Assembly (NCBI GenBank): GCA_902825985.1
Contig: CADEDC010000019.1
Location: 14,137 to 78,136, forward strand
From: an uncultured Acidobacteriota bacterium
GTDB taxonomy: Bacteria > Acidobacteriota > Vicinamibacteria > Vicinamibacterales > CAVVIG01
Reading direction: 5' to 3'
DNA: 64,000 nucleotides
In this document: in pieces, positions 7,919 through 17,359 of the stretch
Layout of the letters: the number at the start of each line of letters is the position of its first letter
Position numbering within the stretch: position 1 is the first letter of the stretch
Translations under genes and position numbers: made by a program
Notes under the pieces: generated by a model
The model's input: only the letters and a program-made list of their open reading frames with translations
Told to the model about the DNA's origin: nothing
Databases searched by the model: none

Positions 7919-9754
7919 ATGTGCGGCATCACTGGGTTGGTCTATCGCGACCGCTCGCGGGAGTGCGACGGCGACGTCGTCACGGCGATGCGGGACGTGA
8001 TGGTGTATCGCGGACCGGACGACGCCGGCCTGCATCTCGACGGGCCGGTCGGACTCGGCTTCCGCCGCCTCAGCATCATCGACCTCGGCGGCGGCCATCA
8101 GCCGATGACCGATGCGCGAGGCACCCGCTGGATCATCTTCAACGGCGAGATCTACAACTACCGGGCGCTCCGGGAGGAACTGATCGCGCGCGGACACACC
8201 TTCCGGTCGCACAGCGACACCGAAGTCATCCTGCAGCTGTACGTCGAGCGCGGCGAGAAATGCGTCGAGGCGTTGAACGGCATGTTCGCCTTCGCGATCT
8301 GGGACGCGGAGCACCAGTCGCTGTTCATCGCGCGCGACCGGATGGGCGTCAAGCCGCTCTATTACGCCGAGACGCCGGCGGCGTTTCTCTTCGCCTCGGA
8401 GGTGAAATCGCTGCTCGCCAGTCGGTTGATTCAGGCCGAGAGCCGGCCGGAGACGTTCAGCGAGTACCTGCTGTTCCGGCAGGTCGCAGGTCCGCAGACG
8501 CTGTTCAAGGGGATTCGGACGCTGCCGCCCGGCTGCACGATGACCATCCGGGACGGGCGCAGCCGCATCGATCGCTACTGGTCACCGATCCCGAGCGGCG
8601 ATCGGCCGGCCATCGCGTTCGACGACGCGGTGCAGCAGTTCGGCGCGCTGCTCGAGGACTCGGTGAAGCTGCGGCTCGTCAGCGACGTGCCGGTCGGGAC
8701 GTTCTGCAGCGGCGGCGTCGATTCGAGCCTGGTGACCGCGCTGGCGGCGCGCCTGAAGGGTGAACCGGTCAACACGTTCTCGGTCGGCTTCGACGACCCG
8801 GATTTCGACGAGAGCCCGTACGCGCTCCGCGTCTCCGAGCAGTACCGGACGATCCACCATCGCCTCGAGGTGTCGCACGCCGAGTTCGCCGAGGCGCTGC
8901 CGTCGCTCGTGTGGAACAACGACGAGCCGCTCGACTTCGCGAACTCGATCCACATCTTCGCGCTCAGCCGCCTGGCCAAGCAGCACGTCACCGTGGTGCT
9001 GACGGGGGAAGGATCCGACGAATTGTTCGCCGGCTACCCGCGCTACCGCATCCCGGGCCTGGCGGCGAAGTACCGCTACGTGCCGGCGCCGCTGCGCCGC
9101 CTGGCGTCGCTGCTGACGCGCGATCATCGCATCGCCAAGCTGGATCGCTACGCGGCGCAGTCCGACGATGACGTGCTGCTCTACAACTCGAGCTACATCG
9201 CCCGGGACGAGGTGACGCAGATCGCACCGCGGCTGCCTGCCGGTGCGCTCGCGTTCCGACGTGAGTGTCTCGGCCAGACGGCGTCGCTGCACCTCGACGG
9301 GGCGGCGCGCGCCTCGCTGCTCGATCAGCAGACGTTCCTCGCCGGTATCCTGCTGCGCCAGGACAAGATGAGCATGGCGGCCAGCATCGAATCGCGGGTG
9401 CCGTTCATGGACTACCGCATGGTGGAGTTCGCCAACCGGCTGCCGACCGACTGCAAGATGCGGCTGGGCAGCGGCAAGGCGGTCGTCAAGGCGTTCGCCC
9501 GCACGCTGCTGCCGGCCGACATCGTCGATCGCAAGAAGTCGGGGTTCGGCGTACCGCTCGGCCGCTGGTTCCGCTCGAACGAGGGATTGGGAGCCCAGGT
9601 CGCCGGGCTGGCGGATCGACCGTCTGCCGACGTCTTCGATCGGCAGGCACTGCGGCGCTTCGTGGCCGAACACCGCGACGGACGCCGGGATCATACCGAA
9701 CTGTTGTGGACGGTCCTGAATCTGTGCGTCTGGCGCGAGGCGTTCCGCTGTTGA
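7919..9754 (+). CDS. asnB: Asparagine synthase (glutamine-hydrolysing) family amidotransferase
   Basis: N-terminal 'MCGITG' (Ntn Cys2) and PP-loop 'CSGGVDSS'. 611 aa. Confidence 0.9.
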   Translation: MCGITGLVYRDRSRECDGDVVTAMRDVMVYRGPDDAGLHLDGPVGLGFRRLSIIDLGGGHQPMTDARGTRWIIFNGEIYNYRALREELIARGHTFRSHSDTEVILQLYVERGEKCVEALNGMFAFAIWDAEHQSLFIARDRMGVKPLYYAETPAAFLFASEVKSLLASRLIQAESRPETFSEYLLFRQVAGPQTLFKGIRTLPPGCTMTIRDGRSRIDRYWSPIPSGDRPAIAFDDAVQQFGALLEDSVKLRLVSDVPVGTFCSGGVDSSLVTALAARLKGEPVNTFSVGFDDPDFDESPYALRVSEQYRTIHHRLEVSHAEFAEALPSLVWNNDEPLDFANSIHIFALSRLAKQHVTVVLTGEGSDELFAGYPRYRIPGLAAKYRYVPAPLRRLASLLTRDHRIAKLDRYAAQSDDDVLLYNSSYIARDEVTQIAPRLPAGALAFRRECLGQTASLHLDGAARASLLDQQTFLAGILLRQDKMSMAASIESRVPFMDYRMVEFANRLPTDCKMRLGSGKAVVKAFARTLLPADIVDRKKSGFGVPLGRWFRSNEGLGAQVAGLADRPSADVFDRQALRRFVAEHRDGRRDHTELLWTVLNLCVWREAFRC

Positions 9755-10800
9755 TGCGGCAGATCCGGCGTGCGCTGCGCTCGGCGGCTGCCTTCGTCCT
9801 GTATCGGAGCGGCCTGCTCGGCCTGCTGCTGCGGCGACGGCTGCGCGGACGCGCCGTCGTGCTCATGTATCACCGGGTCCTCGGCGACGCGGAGCGCCGG
9901 GTGACGGTGTCGCACCCCGCGATCGTGGTGTCTCGTGCCACCTTCGCGATGCAGATGGCCGAGTTGAAGCGGCACGTCCGGGTGCTGACGTTCGCGGAGT
10001 TCGTGTCGCACGTGGCGTCGGGGCAGCCGTTTCCCGACGCCTCGTGCCTCATCACGTTCGACGACGGGTGGGCGGACAACGTGACGAACGCCTGGCCCGT
10101 GCTCTACGAACATCGCCTGCCCGCGACGGTCTTTCTCCCGGTGAACTTCATCGGCACCGACCGGATGTTCTGGCGCGAGACGTTGACCGGTCTTCTCGCC
10201 ACCGCCCTCGGGCGCATCCGTCGCGACGCGTCGATGCGGTCGGCGATCCATGCGGTGCTGGAACCGCGCGGACTGGCACACCTGCTGGACACCACCGCTG
10301 CCGACCCGCGTCCGGCCATCAGCGAGGCGCTCGGGTCGCTGAAGGGAACCGACCCGTCGGCGCTCGACGCGCTGGTCGAGGGGCTGGCCGCCGCCCTGAG
10401 CGTCGCCGAGCGGGCGGTGCCCGCCTCCGACGCGTTCATGGCCTGGGACGACGTGACGGCGCTGCACCGGTCGGGGGTGACGTTCGGCGGTCACGGTGCG
10501 GAGCACCTGCTGCTCGACCGGGTCGCCCCGGACGAGGCGGCGCGAGACGTCGACGCGTCATGGTCCGTGCTCCGCCGGCACCTGCCCGACGCGGTGCTCG
10601 GCTTCGCCTACCCGAATGGCAACTGGTCGCCGGCGGTGGCGAAGCAGGTCGCGGCACGCGGCTTCCGCGTCGCTTTCACCACCGAGCCGGGGTCGGTGAG
10701 CGCCGGCGACGAACCGTTCTCGCTGCGCCGGATCAACATTCACGAGGACGTGACCAACTCGCCGTCGCTGTTCATCGCCCGTCTGGCCGGGCTGTTGTGA
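9754..10800 (+). CDS. Polysaccharide deacetylase (CE4) family protein
   Basis: 'VVLMYHRV' and 'ITFDDGWADNVTNAWPVLYEHRLPATVFLPVNFIG'. The ATG shares its A with the asnB TGA (TGATG). The track ORF from 9265 is an upstream over-extension. Confidence 0.8.
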   Translation: MRQIRRALRSAAAFVLYRSGLLGLLLRRRLRGRAVVLMYHRVLGDAERRVTVSHPAIVVSRATFAMQMAELKRHVRVLTFAEFVSHVASGQPFPDASCLITFDDGWADNVTNAWPVLYEHRLPATVFLPVNFIGTDRMFWRETLTGLLATALGRIRRDASMRSAIHAVLEPRGLAHLLDTTAADPRPAISEALGSLKGTDPSALDALVEGLAAALSVAERAVPASDAFMAWDDVTALHRSGVTFGGHGAEHLLLDRVAPDEAARDVDASWSVLRRHLPDAVLGFAYPNGNWSPAVAKQVAARGFRVAFTTEPGSVSAGDEPFSLRRINIHEDVTNSPSLFIARLAGLL

Positions 10801-12098
10801 TGCGGCGGCGGCGGTTCCTGGCCGGCCTGCTCTCGGGCATCGTGCTCGTGCTCGTCGTCCGCGCCGCGATCAACGAGACGAGCGTCGCCGACTGGCTGGT
10901 GGCGCCGTTGCTGGTCGCGGACGGTGACGGCGCTGCCGACGCGCTGGTCGTGCCCGGCGCTGGCGTCGTCGGCGGTTGTGTGCCGAACCTCAACGGCGTA
11001 CGGCGGGTGCTGCTCGCCGTGCGGTACTGGCGGGCGCAGCATCCGGGCGTGACCCTGATGACCGGCGGCACGGGAACGCCCGGCTGCCACGTCTCGGAGG
11101 CGATGCGCCAGTTCGCCGTCGAGGTCGGTATGCCCGCGGAGCAGATTCGGACGGAGACCGCGTCCCGGAGCACCTACGAGAACGCGGACTATGCCGCAGC
11201 CTTGCTGCGGGGGTGGGGTTCACGGAGAGTGGCCATCGTCACCGACCGCCTGCACATGCGGCGGGCCGCCGGCGTGTTCAGGAGACAGGGATTCGATGTC
11301 GTCGCCGTATCTGTACCGATATACGAAGGTCACCTCGACAACGTCTCGATGCTCTATGCCGGGCTGCGAGAGTACGTCGCGCTGGCCTACTACCGCCTTC
11401 GCGGCTGGCTGGGCGCCGACGGCGCGGCCGACGGCCGCGGCGTGGTGGTGCGCCCGGGCGCCGCTTGGCGGGCTGCCGTGAGGAACCCGGCCGGGCCGCT
11501 CGTTCTGCTGGGCGCCTCGTACGCCGAGGGCTGGAGTGTCAGCCGCATCGCCGGCGTGCCGGTGGTCAATCGCGGTGTCGCCGGCCAGCAGGCCGCCGAC
11601 CTGCTCGCCCGCTTCGACACCGACGTCATCGCGCTGCAGCCGCGTGCCGTGCTGATCTGGGGTTTCATCAACGACATCAGCCGTGCAACGGCCGGCGACG
11701 TCGAAGCGGCGCTCGCCGGCATCCGCCGCGATTACGAAGCGATGCTCGCCAGGGCGGCGCAGCATGGCATCCCGGTCATCCTGGCGCGCGAGGTGACGAT
11801 GCGTCGGCCCGCCGGGCTGATCAACACGATCGTCGGCTGGCGCAACGCGCTGACCGGACGACCGTCCTTCCAGGACGTCGTCAACACCCACGTGCGCAGC
11901 ACCAACGAATGGCTTGCCAGCGTCGCCGCGGCGCGCGGGGTTCCGCTGCTCGATTTCCAGGGCGTCCTGTCGGACGCCGACGGTCGCCGTCGTCAGCCGT
12001 TCGCACAGCCGGACGGCAGTCACATCACCCCCGCGGGCTACGACATGCTGACGTCGTATGCCGTTCCGCTTATCGAGGCATTCCTTGGCCAGCCATAA
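10800..12098 (+). CDS. Fusion protein: N-terminal TM + DUF218/YdcF(ElyC)-like domain, C-terminal SGNH/GDSL hydrolase domain
   Basis: DUF218-like 'LVVPGAG...RVLLAVRYW...STYENA...VAIVTDRLHMRRA'. SGNH blocks 'LLGASYAEGW', 'NRGVAGQQ', 'IWGFINDI', 'DGSHITPAGY'. TGATG overlap with the upstream stop. Confidence 0.65.
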   Translation: MRRRRFLAGLLSGIVLVLVVRAAINETSVADWLVAPLLVADGDGAADALVVPGAGVVGGCVPNLNGVRRVLLAVRYWRAQHPGVTLMTGGTGTPGCHVSEAMRQFAVEVGMPAEQIRTETASRSTYENADYAAALLRGWGSRRVAIVTDRLHMRRAAGVFRRQGFDVVAVSVPIYEGHLDNVSMLYAGLREYVALAYYRLRGWLGADGAADGRGVVVRPGAAWRAAVRNPAGPLVLLGASYAEGWSVSRIAGVPVVNRGVAGQQAADLLARFDTDVIALQPRAVLIWGFINDISRATAGDVEAALAGIRRDYEAMLARAAQHGIPVILAREVTMRRPAGLINTIVGWRNALTGRPSFQDVVNTHVRSTNEWLASVAAARGVPLLDFQGVLSDADGRRRQPFAQPDGSHITPAGYDMLTSYAVPLIEAFLGQP

Positions 12099-14178
12099 CG
12101 TCACCCAGTCCACCACCCCATCGAGCGGACGGCGCCTGCGCGTCGGACTCGTCGGTTCCGGCAAGATGGGCCTGCATCACCTCAAGGCGATGGAGGCGTC
12201 GGGCATCGCCGATGTCATCGGCGTCGCCGATCCGGCGGCCGACCCGGCCGAACTCGCGGCGATACTGCCGGCCGATGCGATCGTCGTGGCCAGCCTCGAC
12301 GAGCTCATCGCCAGGGCCCGCCCGGACGTCGTTCACATCGTGACGCCGCCTGGCACGCACGCGACGCTGGCGATGACGGCGATTCGCGGCGGCTGTCACG
12401 TCTACGTCGAGAAGCCGTTCACGCCGACGGCGGCCGAAGCGTCGGCCATCCTCGACCTGGCGGCGCAGCACGGCGTGACGGTGTGCGCGGGCCATCAGGT
12501 GCTGTTCGAAGCGCCGGCCCTCGGGGTCTGGGAGAATCTCGGCCGCATCGGCCGGATGGTCCACATCGAGAGCTACTTCTCGTTCAAGATGGTGCGGCGC
12601 ACGATCACCGCCGTCGAGCAGGTGAACGACATCCTGCCGCACGCCGTCTACCCGGTCGTCGATCAGATGCGCGCCGGATCCGGGCTCGCCGATGCGCCCA
12701 TCGAGATCGCCGGCATGTCGCTCGATCCGAGCGGCGAGGCCTACGCGCTGCTGCGCCTCGGCGGCGTCACCGCGGTGGTCATGGTCACGCTCAACGGCCG
12801 ACCGGTCGAGCAGTACCAGAACATCGTCGGCACCAACGGCTCGCTGCGCGCCGACTACATCGGCGGCTTCCTGGGACGGCTGGTCGGTCCGGGCACCGGT
12901 CCCGGCGTGCTGCTGACGCCCTACCGCCGTGCCCTCCATACGATGACCGGGACGACGCGCGGCGTGACGAAGCTCATCACCGGGGGCTCGTATCCCGGCT
13001 TGCGGACGATCGTCCGCCGCTTCTACGAGAGCGTCCGCGACGGCACGCCACCGCCCCTGACGGCCCGCTCGATTCTCGACACCGTGATCATCTGCGAGCG
13101 GATCGGTGCGGCGCTGGCCGAGGCCGAATCGGTCGAAGAGGTCAGGGCGCAACAGCGACTGACGGCGGCCGCGGCGGCGCTCGCGCCGACCCGTGCCGAC
13201 GCGCCACGGGTGCTGCTGACCGGCGGCACCGGGCTGCTCGGCAAGAAGATCGCCCAGGAGCTGCGGCAGTCCGGCTTTCCGGTCCGTGTCGTCGCGCGCC
13301 GGATGCCGCTGTTCTCCAGACGGGTGCCGGGCGTCGAGTACGTCACCGCCGATCTGGCGCGTGGCCTCGATCCGGCGCTTCTGCAGCAGGTCGGCTTCGT
13401 CGTGCATGCGGCGGCCGAAACCGCTGGAGGCCGCGAAGATCATCGCCGCAATTCCATCGAGGCGACGCGGCTGCTGATCGAGGCGGCCGCGAAGGCCGGC
13501 GCCAGGGGCGTGCTGCACGTCAGCAGCCTCGCGGTGCTCAAGACATCGCGCGAACTCGGCCGCGACCTCGACGAGAGCGCGCCGGTCGATGCCGGCAATC
13601 TGACGCGCGGCCCCTACGTCTGGGGCAAGGCGGAGTCCGAGATTCTCGCCGCCGGTCTCGGGGCGGAGCTGAAGATCCCGGTACGCATCATCCGGCCCGG
13701 CCCGCTCGTCGACTGGGACGCCTACTCGCCGCCGGGCCGCCTCGGCCGCGAGATCGGCCCGCTGTTCGTCGCCTTCGGCCCGCGGCGCAAGCCGCTGAGC
13801 GTTTGCGACGTGACCACCGCGGCGCGCGTCGTGCGCCAGTATCTCGAGGACTTCGACCATGCCCCGCCATTGTTGAACATGGTCGAAGCGCCTCCCCCGA
13901 CGCGCCTCGACCTGATGAACCGCTATCACCGGGATCGTCCGGACCTTACCGTGTTCTGGTTTCCCGCCTGGCTCCTGCGTGCCATCTCCGGTCCGCTGAA
14001 GCTCGTGCAACGCTATGCCATGGGTGCAAAGCAGCCGATGGACATCGCCGCCGCGTTTGCCAGCGAACGCTACCAGACCGGGCTGGCCGAGCAGGTGATT
14101 CAGCGGGCCTCGGCCGGTCGGCCTTCCGGCCGGCCGGCGCCTGTGCCAGAGCCCGTGGGATCCGGGCGGCTGTCATGA
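12058..14178 (+). CDS. Fusion protein: Gfo/Idh/MocA-type oxidoreductase + NAD-dependent epimerase/dehydratase (extended SDR)
   Basis: N-part 'LRVGLVGSGKMGLHHL...VYVEKP'. C-part 'VLLTGGTGLLGKKIAQEL...PYVWGKAESE'. Start uncertain (ATG 12058 overlaps the upstream gene by 41 nt). Confidence 0.75.
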   Translation: MPFRLSRHSLASHNVTQSTTPSSGRRLRVGLVGSGKMGLHHLKAMEASGIADVIGVADPAADPAELAAILPADAIVVASLDELIARARPDVVHIVTPPGTHATLAMTAIRGGCHVYVEKPFTPTAAEASAILDLAAQHGVTVCAGHQVLFEAPALGVWENLGRIGRMVHIESYFSFKMVRRTITAVEQVNDILPHAVYPVVDQMRAGSGLADAPIEIAGMSLDPSGEAYALLRLGGVTAVVMVTLNGRPVEQYQNIVGTNGSLRADYIGGFLGRLVGPGTGPGVLLTPYRRALHTMTGTTRGVTKLITGGSYPGLRTIVRRFYESVRDGTPPPLTARSILDTVIICERIGAALAEAESVEEVRAQQRLTAAAAALAPTRADAPRVLLTGGTGLLGKKIAQELRQSGFPVRVVARRMPLFSRRVPGVEYVTADLARGLDPALLQQVGFVVHAAAETAGGREDHRRNSIEATRLLIEAAAKAGARGVLHVSSLAVLKTSRELGRDLDESAPVDAGNLTRGPYVWGKAESEILAAGLGAELKIPVRIIRPGPLVDWDAYSPPGRLGREIGPLFVAFGPRRKPLSVCDVTTAARVVRQYLEDFDHAPPLLNMVEAPPPTRLDLMNRYHRDRPDLTVFWFPAWLLRAISGPLKLVQRYAMGAKQPMDIAAAFASERYQTGLAEQVIQRASAGRPSGRPAPVPEPVGSGRLS

Positions 14179-14990
14179 AGGAGACGCCGGTCTTCTTCCC
14201 AAACGGCAGCTACCAGCTGTTCGGGGTGCTGCATGAACCCGAGGCCGCCGGCCGGGCGCCGGCCTTCGTCTTCGTGCACCCGTTTGGGGAGGAGAAGCTC
14301 TGGGCCCACCGGGTGTTCGTCTCGTTCGCCCGCCGCCTCGCGGCCGAAGGCCACCCGGTGCTGCGCTTCGACTGCATGGGCAGCGGCGACAGCGACGGCG
14401 ATTTCTCGCAGTCGTCCATCGCGACCGCGCTCGCCGACGTCGGCGCGGCGGTCGACTTCGTCCGCGCGAGGAGCGGGTCACGATCCGTCAGCCTGATCGG
14501 GCTCCGACTCGGCGCCACTACCGCCGCCGTCGCGGCCGAGCAGATCGCCGACATCCACCATCTGATCCTGTGGTCTCCGATTGTCGACGGCGGCCGCTAC
14601 ATGCAGGAGCTGCTGCGCATCAACCTGACGACGCAGATGGCGACGCACAAGGAGATCCGCCACGACCGGGAGGCCATGGTCGGCATCATGCGGCAGGGTG
14701 GGACGGTGAACGTCGACGGCTACGAGATGGCCTACCCGTTCTTCTCCGAAGCGTCGGCACTGCAAATTGGCGCCGGCGTGAAGTCGCACGCCGGGCCGTG
14801 CCTCATCGTGAGCATCGACAAGCGTCCAGTCGTCGCGCCAGCAGAACTGCAGGCCCTCGCCGCCACCTACGCCGCGGCGACCGTGAGTACCGTTCAGGAA
14901 GAGCCGTTCTGGAAGGAGATCGCCACCTTCTACGATCAGGCGCCGAGCCTCTTTGCGGCGACGGCGGACTGGCTGCGGCAGCACCCGTGA
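14175..14990 (+). CDS. Alpha/beta-hydrolase-fold protein (exosortase-A-system 'hydrolase 2'-like), nucleophile elbow reads G-L-R-L-G
   Basis: 'LFGVLHEP...FVFVHPFGEE...PVLRFDCMGSGDSDG...SLIGLRLGATT'. ATGA overlap with the upstream stop. Confidence 0.7.
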   Translation: MKETPVFFPNGSYQLFGVLHEPEAAGRAPAFVFVHPFGEEKLWAHRVFVSFARRLAAEGHPVLRFDCMGSGDSDGDFSQSSIATALADVGAAVDFVRARSGSRSVSLIGLRLGATTAAVAAEQIADIHHLILWSPIVDGGRYMQELLRINLTTQMATHKEIRHDREAMVGIMRQGGTVNVDGYEMAYPFFSEASALQIGAGVKSHAGPCLIVSIDKRPVVAPAELQALAATYAAATVSTVQEEPFWKEIATFYDQAPSLFAATADWLRQHP

Positions 14991-17359
14991 AGGTCTTCGT
15001 CACCGATGGCGCCAGCCGCGCCGCGCTGGCCGTCACCCGATCGCTGGGCCGGGCCGGTCATGAGGTGGTGGTCGGGGAGAAGTACGCGCCGGCGCTGGCG
15101 CAGGCGTCCCGTTACTGCCACCAGCCGATCGTCTATCCCGACCCGGCGGTCGCCGAGGACGCCTTCGTCAGCGCGATCGAGAGCATCGTCGTCCGCGAGC
15201 ACGTCGACATCCTGCTGCCGGTCGGCGACGTCTGCATGTTCCTGCTGACCGCACACCGCGACCGCTTCGGCCGCTGCCGGATTCCGTTTCCAAGCCGGTC
15301 GGTCGTCGCCCGCGCCGCCGACAAGGTCGACGTCACGCAGGCGGCGATGCGGCTCGGCGTGCCGGTGCCGCGGAGCCTGGTCGTGGCGTCGGCGGATGTC
15401 ATGCCGACCGCCGGCCTGGCGTTTCCACTCGTCGTCAAGCCGCGGCAATCGCGTACCCGGGCGCCGGGAGGCTGGGTCGGCAGCACGGTGAGCTTCGCGA
15501 ACGATGCGGACGCCCTGCGCGCCGACCTCGCGGCGCGGCCGGCGCACGACTTCCCGCTGCTGCTGCAGGAGCGGATTGTCGGACCGGGCACCGGCGTGTT
15601 CGTGTGCATGCGCGACGGTCGGCCGATCGCCCTCTTCAGCCACCGCCGCCTGCGCGAGCGGCCGCCATGGGCCGGTGTCAGCGTGCTGTGCGAAAGCGTG
15701 GCACTCGACCCGGTGGCGTGCGACGCCGCGGTGCGCCTGCTCGCCGACATCGGCTGGCGCGACGGCGTGGCGATGGTCGAGTTCAAGCGGGACGATCGTG
15801 ACGGCCTGCCCAAGCTGATGGAGATCAACGGCCGTTTCTGGGGGTCGCTGCAGCTGGCGATCGATGCCGGCGTCGACTTCCCGCGTCTCCTCGTCCAGGT
15901 GGCAGAAGGCGACGCGCCACCAGCGCCGGCGCCGTACTCGGTTGGCGTCCGCAGCCGCTGGCTGTGGGGCGACTTCGACTCGCTCATGCTGACGCTCATC
16001 GGCCGAGCCAGGGCGATGGGCATGCACGTCTCGCGCTGGCGGGCGCTGCGCGACTTCCTCGTGCTCTTCGGCCGCAACCTGTACTACGAGAACCCACGGT
16101 TCAGCGACCTGGGCCCGTGGTGGCTCGAGACGCGCGAGCGGGTCCTCCCCCGCGCGCGGCCGACGCCGGCAGCGGGGCAGAGCGTCCCGCGGCTGCCGGC
16201 CGCGATACCCGACGCGGACGTTGCCGCCGTGACGGCGACGCCGGCGCAGGCTCCGGCATCGCCGGCCATTGCAGCCGAGCGCCTGCACGTCACCCTCGCC
16301 AGCTCGTTCGAGGAACTGGACCTCGATGCCGCCGGCTGGAACGCCCTCCTGGCCCGGAACGACACGGACTCGGTGTTCCAGACCTACGAGTGGCTGTCGA
16401 CCTGGTGCGACGTCTACCGGGAAGCGTTCGAGCCGATCCTGGTGACGGTCCGGTCCGGCGGCCGCGTCGTCGGCGTGCTGCCGCTGATGCGCGAGCGTTC
16501 GGCGGCGAACACCAGCCGCAGCATCCGGTTCCTGTCCGACACGCGGGCCGACTACTGCGACGTGATCGTCCCGGATCGCAAGGACGAGGTGATGGCGGCG
16601 GCGCTCGAGGTGCTCCTCGGCGGCGGCGAGTGCGACGTGCTGGAGCTGCGCGGCATTCCCGAGAACTCCCAGACGACCCGGGTGTTGTCGGAGGCCTGCG
16701 CCGACGTGGGCGCCTTCGTCCTGGTCCGCGACCAGGCGCCGTGCCCGACCCTGCTGGTGCAGGGGCATCTCGACAGCGCGACTGCGATCCTGCACAAACA
16801 GAGCCTCCGTCGCCGGGTGAACTACTTCAAGCGGACCGGGCGCCTGGTCTACCGCGATCTCAGTCTGGCGTCCGACATCGACCCGTACCTCGACGTCTTT
16901 TTCGCCCAGCACATCTCGAGGCGCGCCCAGACCGACAGTCCGAGCCTGTTCCTCGATCCGAGCAACGTCCTGTTCTACCGCCGCCTCGTGCAGCGCCTGT
17001 CCGACACCGGCTGGAACCTCTTCACCGTCGTGGAGCACGATGATCAGCCGATCGCATTCCACTACGGCTTCGACTACCACGACTCGCTCGTCTGGTACAA
17101 GCCGGCGTTCGACGTGCACCGGGCGAAGCATTCACCCGGGCTGGTGCTGGTGTCGCACCTCATCGAGTACGCCATCCAGCACAACCGGCGCGAACTGGAC
17201 TTCACGGTCGGCAACGAGACCTTCAAGCATCGCCTGACCAACTACAACCGCACCATCCGCACCGTGAACGTGTACCGCAAGTCGGTCGATTTCGCTGTCG
17301 AGTCGTGGCGGCGTACCGTGACGCAGACCGTCAAGCAGCTCAGCGAGATTGGATCATGA
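14987..17359 (+). CDS. Fusion protein: ATP-grasp ligase domain + CelD/FemAB-like GNAT domain
   Basis: ATP-grasp: 'FPLVVKPRQS', 'LLLQERIVGPGTGVFV', 'MVEFKRD...KLMEINGRFWGS'. C-half: 'WNALLARNDTDSVFQTYEWLSTW...KHSPGLVLVSHLIEYAIQHNRRELDFTVGNETFKHR'. GTG start in a GTGA overlap. Confidence 0.7.
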   Translation: MKVFVTDGASRAALAVTRSLGRAGHEVVVGEKYAPALAQASRYCHQPIVYPDPAVAEDAFVSAIESIVVREHVDILLPVGDVCMFLLTAHRDRFGRCRIPFPSRSVVARAADKVDVTQAAMRLGVPVPRSLVVASADVMPTAGLAFPLVVKPRQSRTRAPGGWVGSTVSFANDADALRADLAARPAHDFPLLLQERIVGPGTGVFVCMRDGRPIALFSHRRLRERPPWAGVSVLCESVALDPVACDAAVRLLADIGWRDGVAMVEFKRDDRDGLPKLMEINGRFWGSLQLAIDAGVDFPRLLVQVAEGDAPPAPAPYSVGVRSRWLWGDFDSLMLTLIGRARAMGMHVSRWRALRDFLVLFGRNLYYENPRFSDLGPWWLETRERVLPRARPTPAAGQSVPRLPAAIPDADVAAVTATPAQAPASPAIAAERLHVTLASSFEELDLDAAGWNALLARNDTDSVFQTYEWLSTWCDVYREAFEPILVTVRSGGRVVGVLPLMRERSAANTSRSIRFLSDTRADYCDVIVPDRKDEVMAAALEVLLGGGECDVLELRGIPENSQTTRVLSEACADVGAFVLVRDQAPCPTLLVQGHLDSATAILHKQSLRRRVNYFKRTGRLVYRDLSLASDIDPYLDVFFAQHISRRAQTDSPSLFLDPSNVLFYRRLVQRLSDTGWNLFTVVEHDDQPIAFHYGFDYHDSLVWYKPAFDVHRAKHSPGLVLVSHLIEYAIQHNRRELDFTVGNETFKHRLTNYNRTIRTVNVYRKSVDFAVESWRRTVTQTVKQLSEIGS

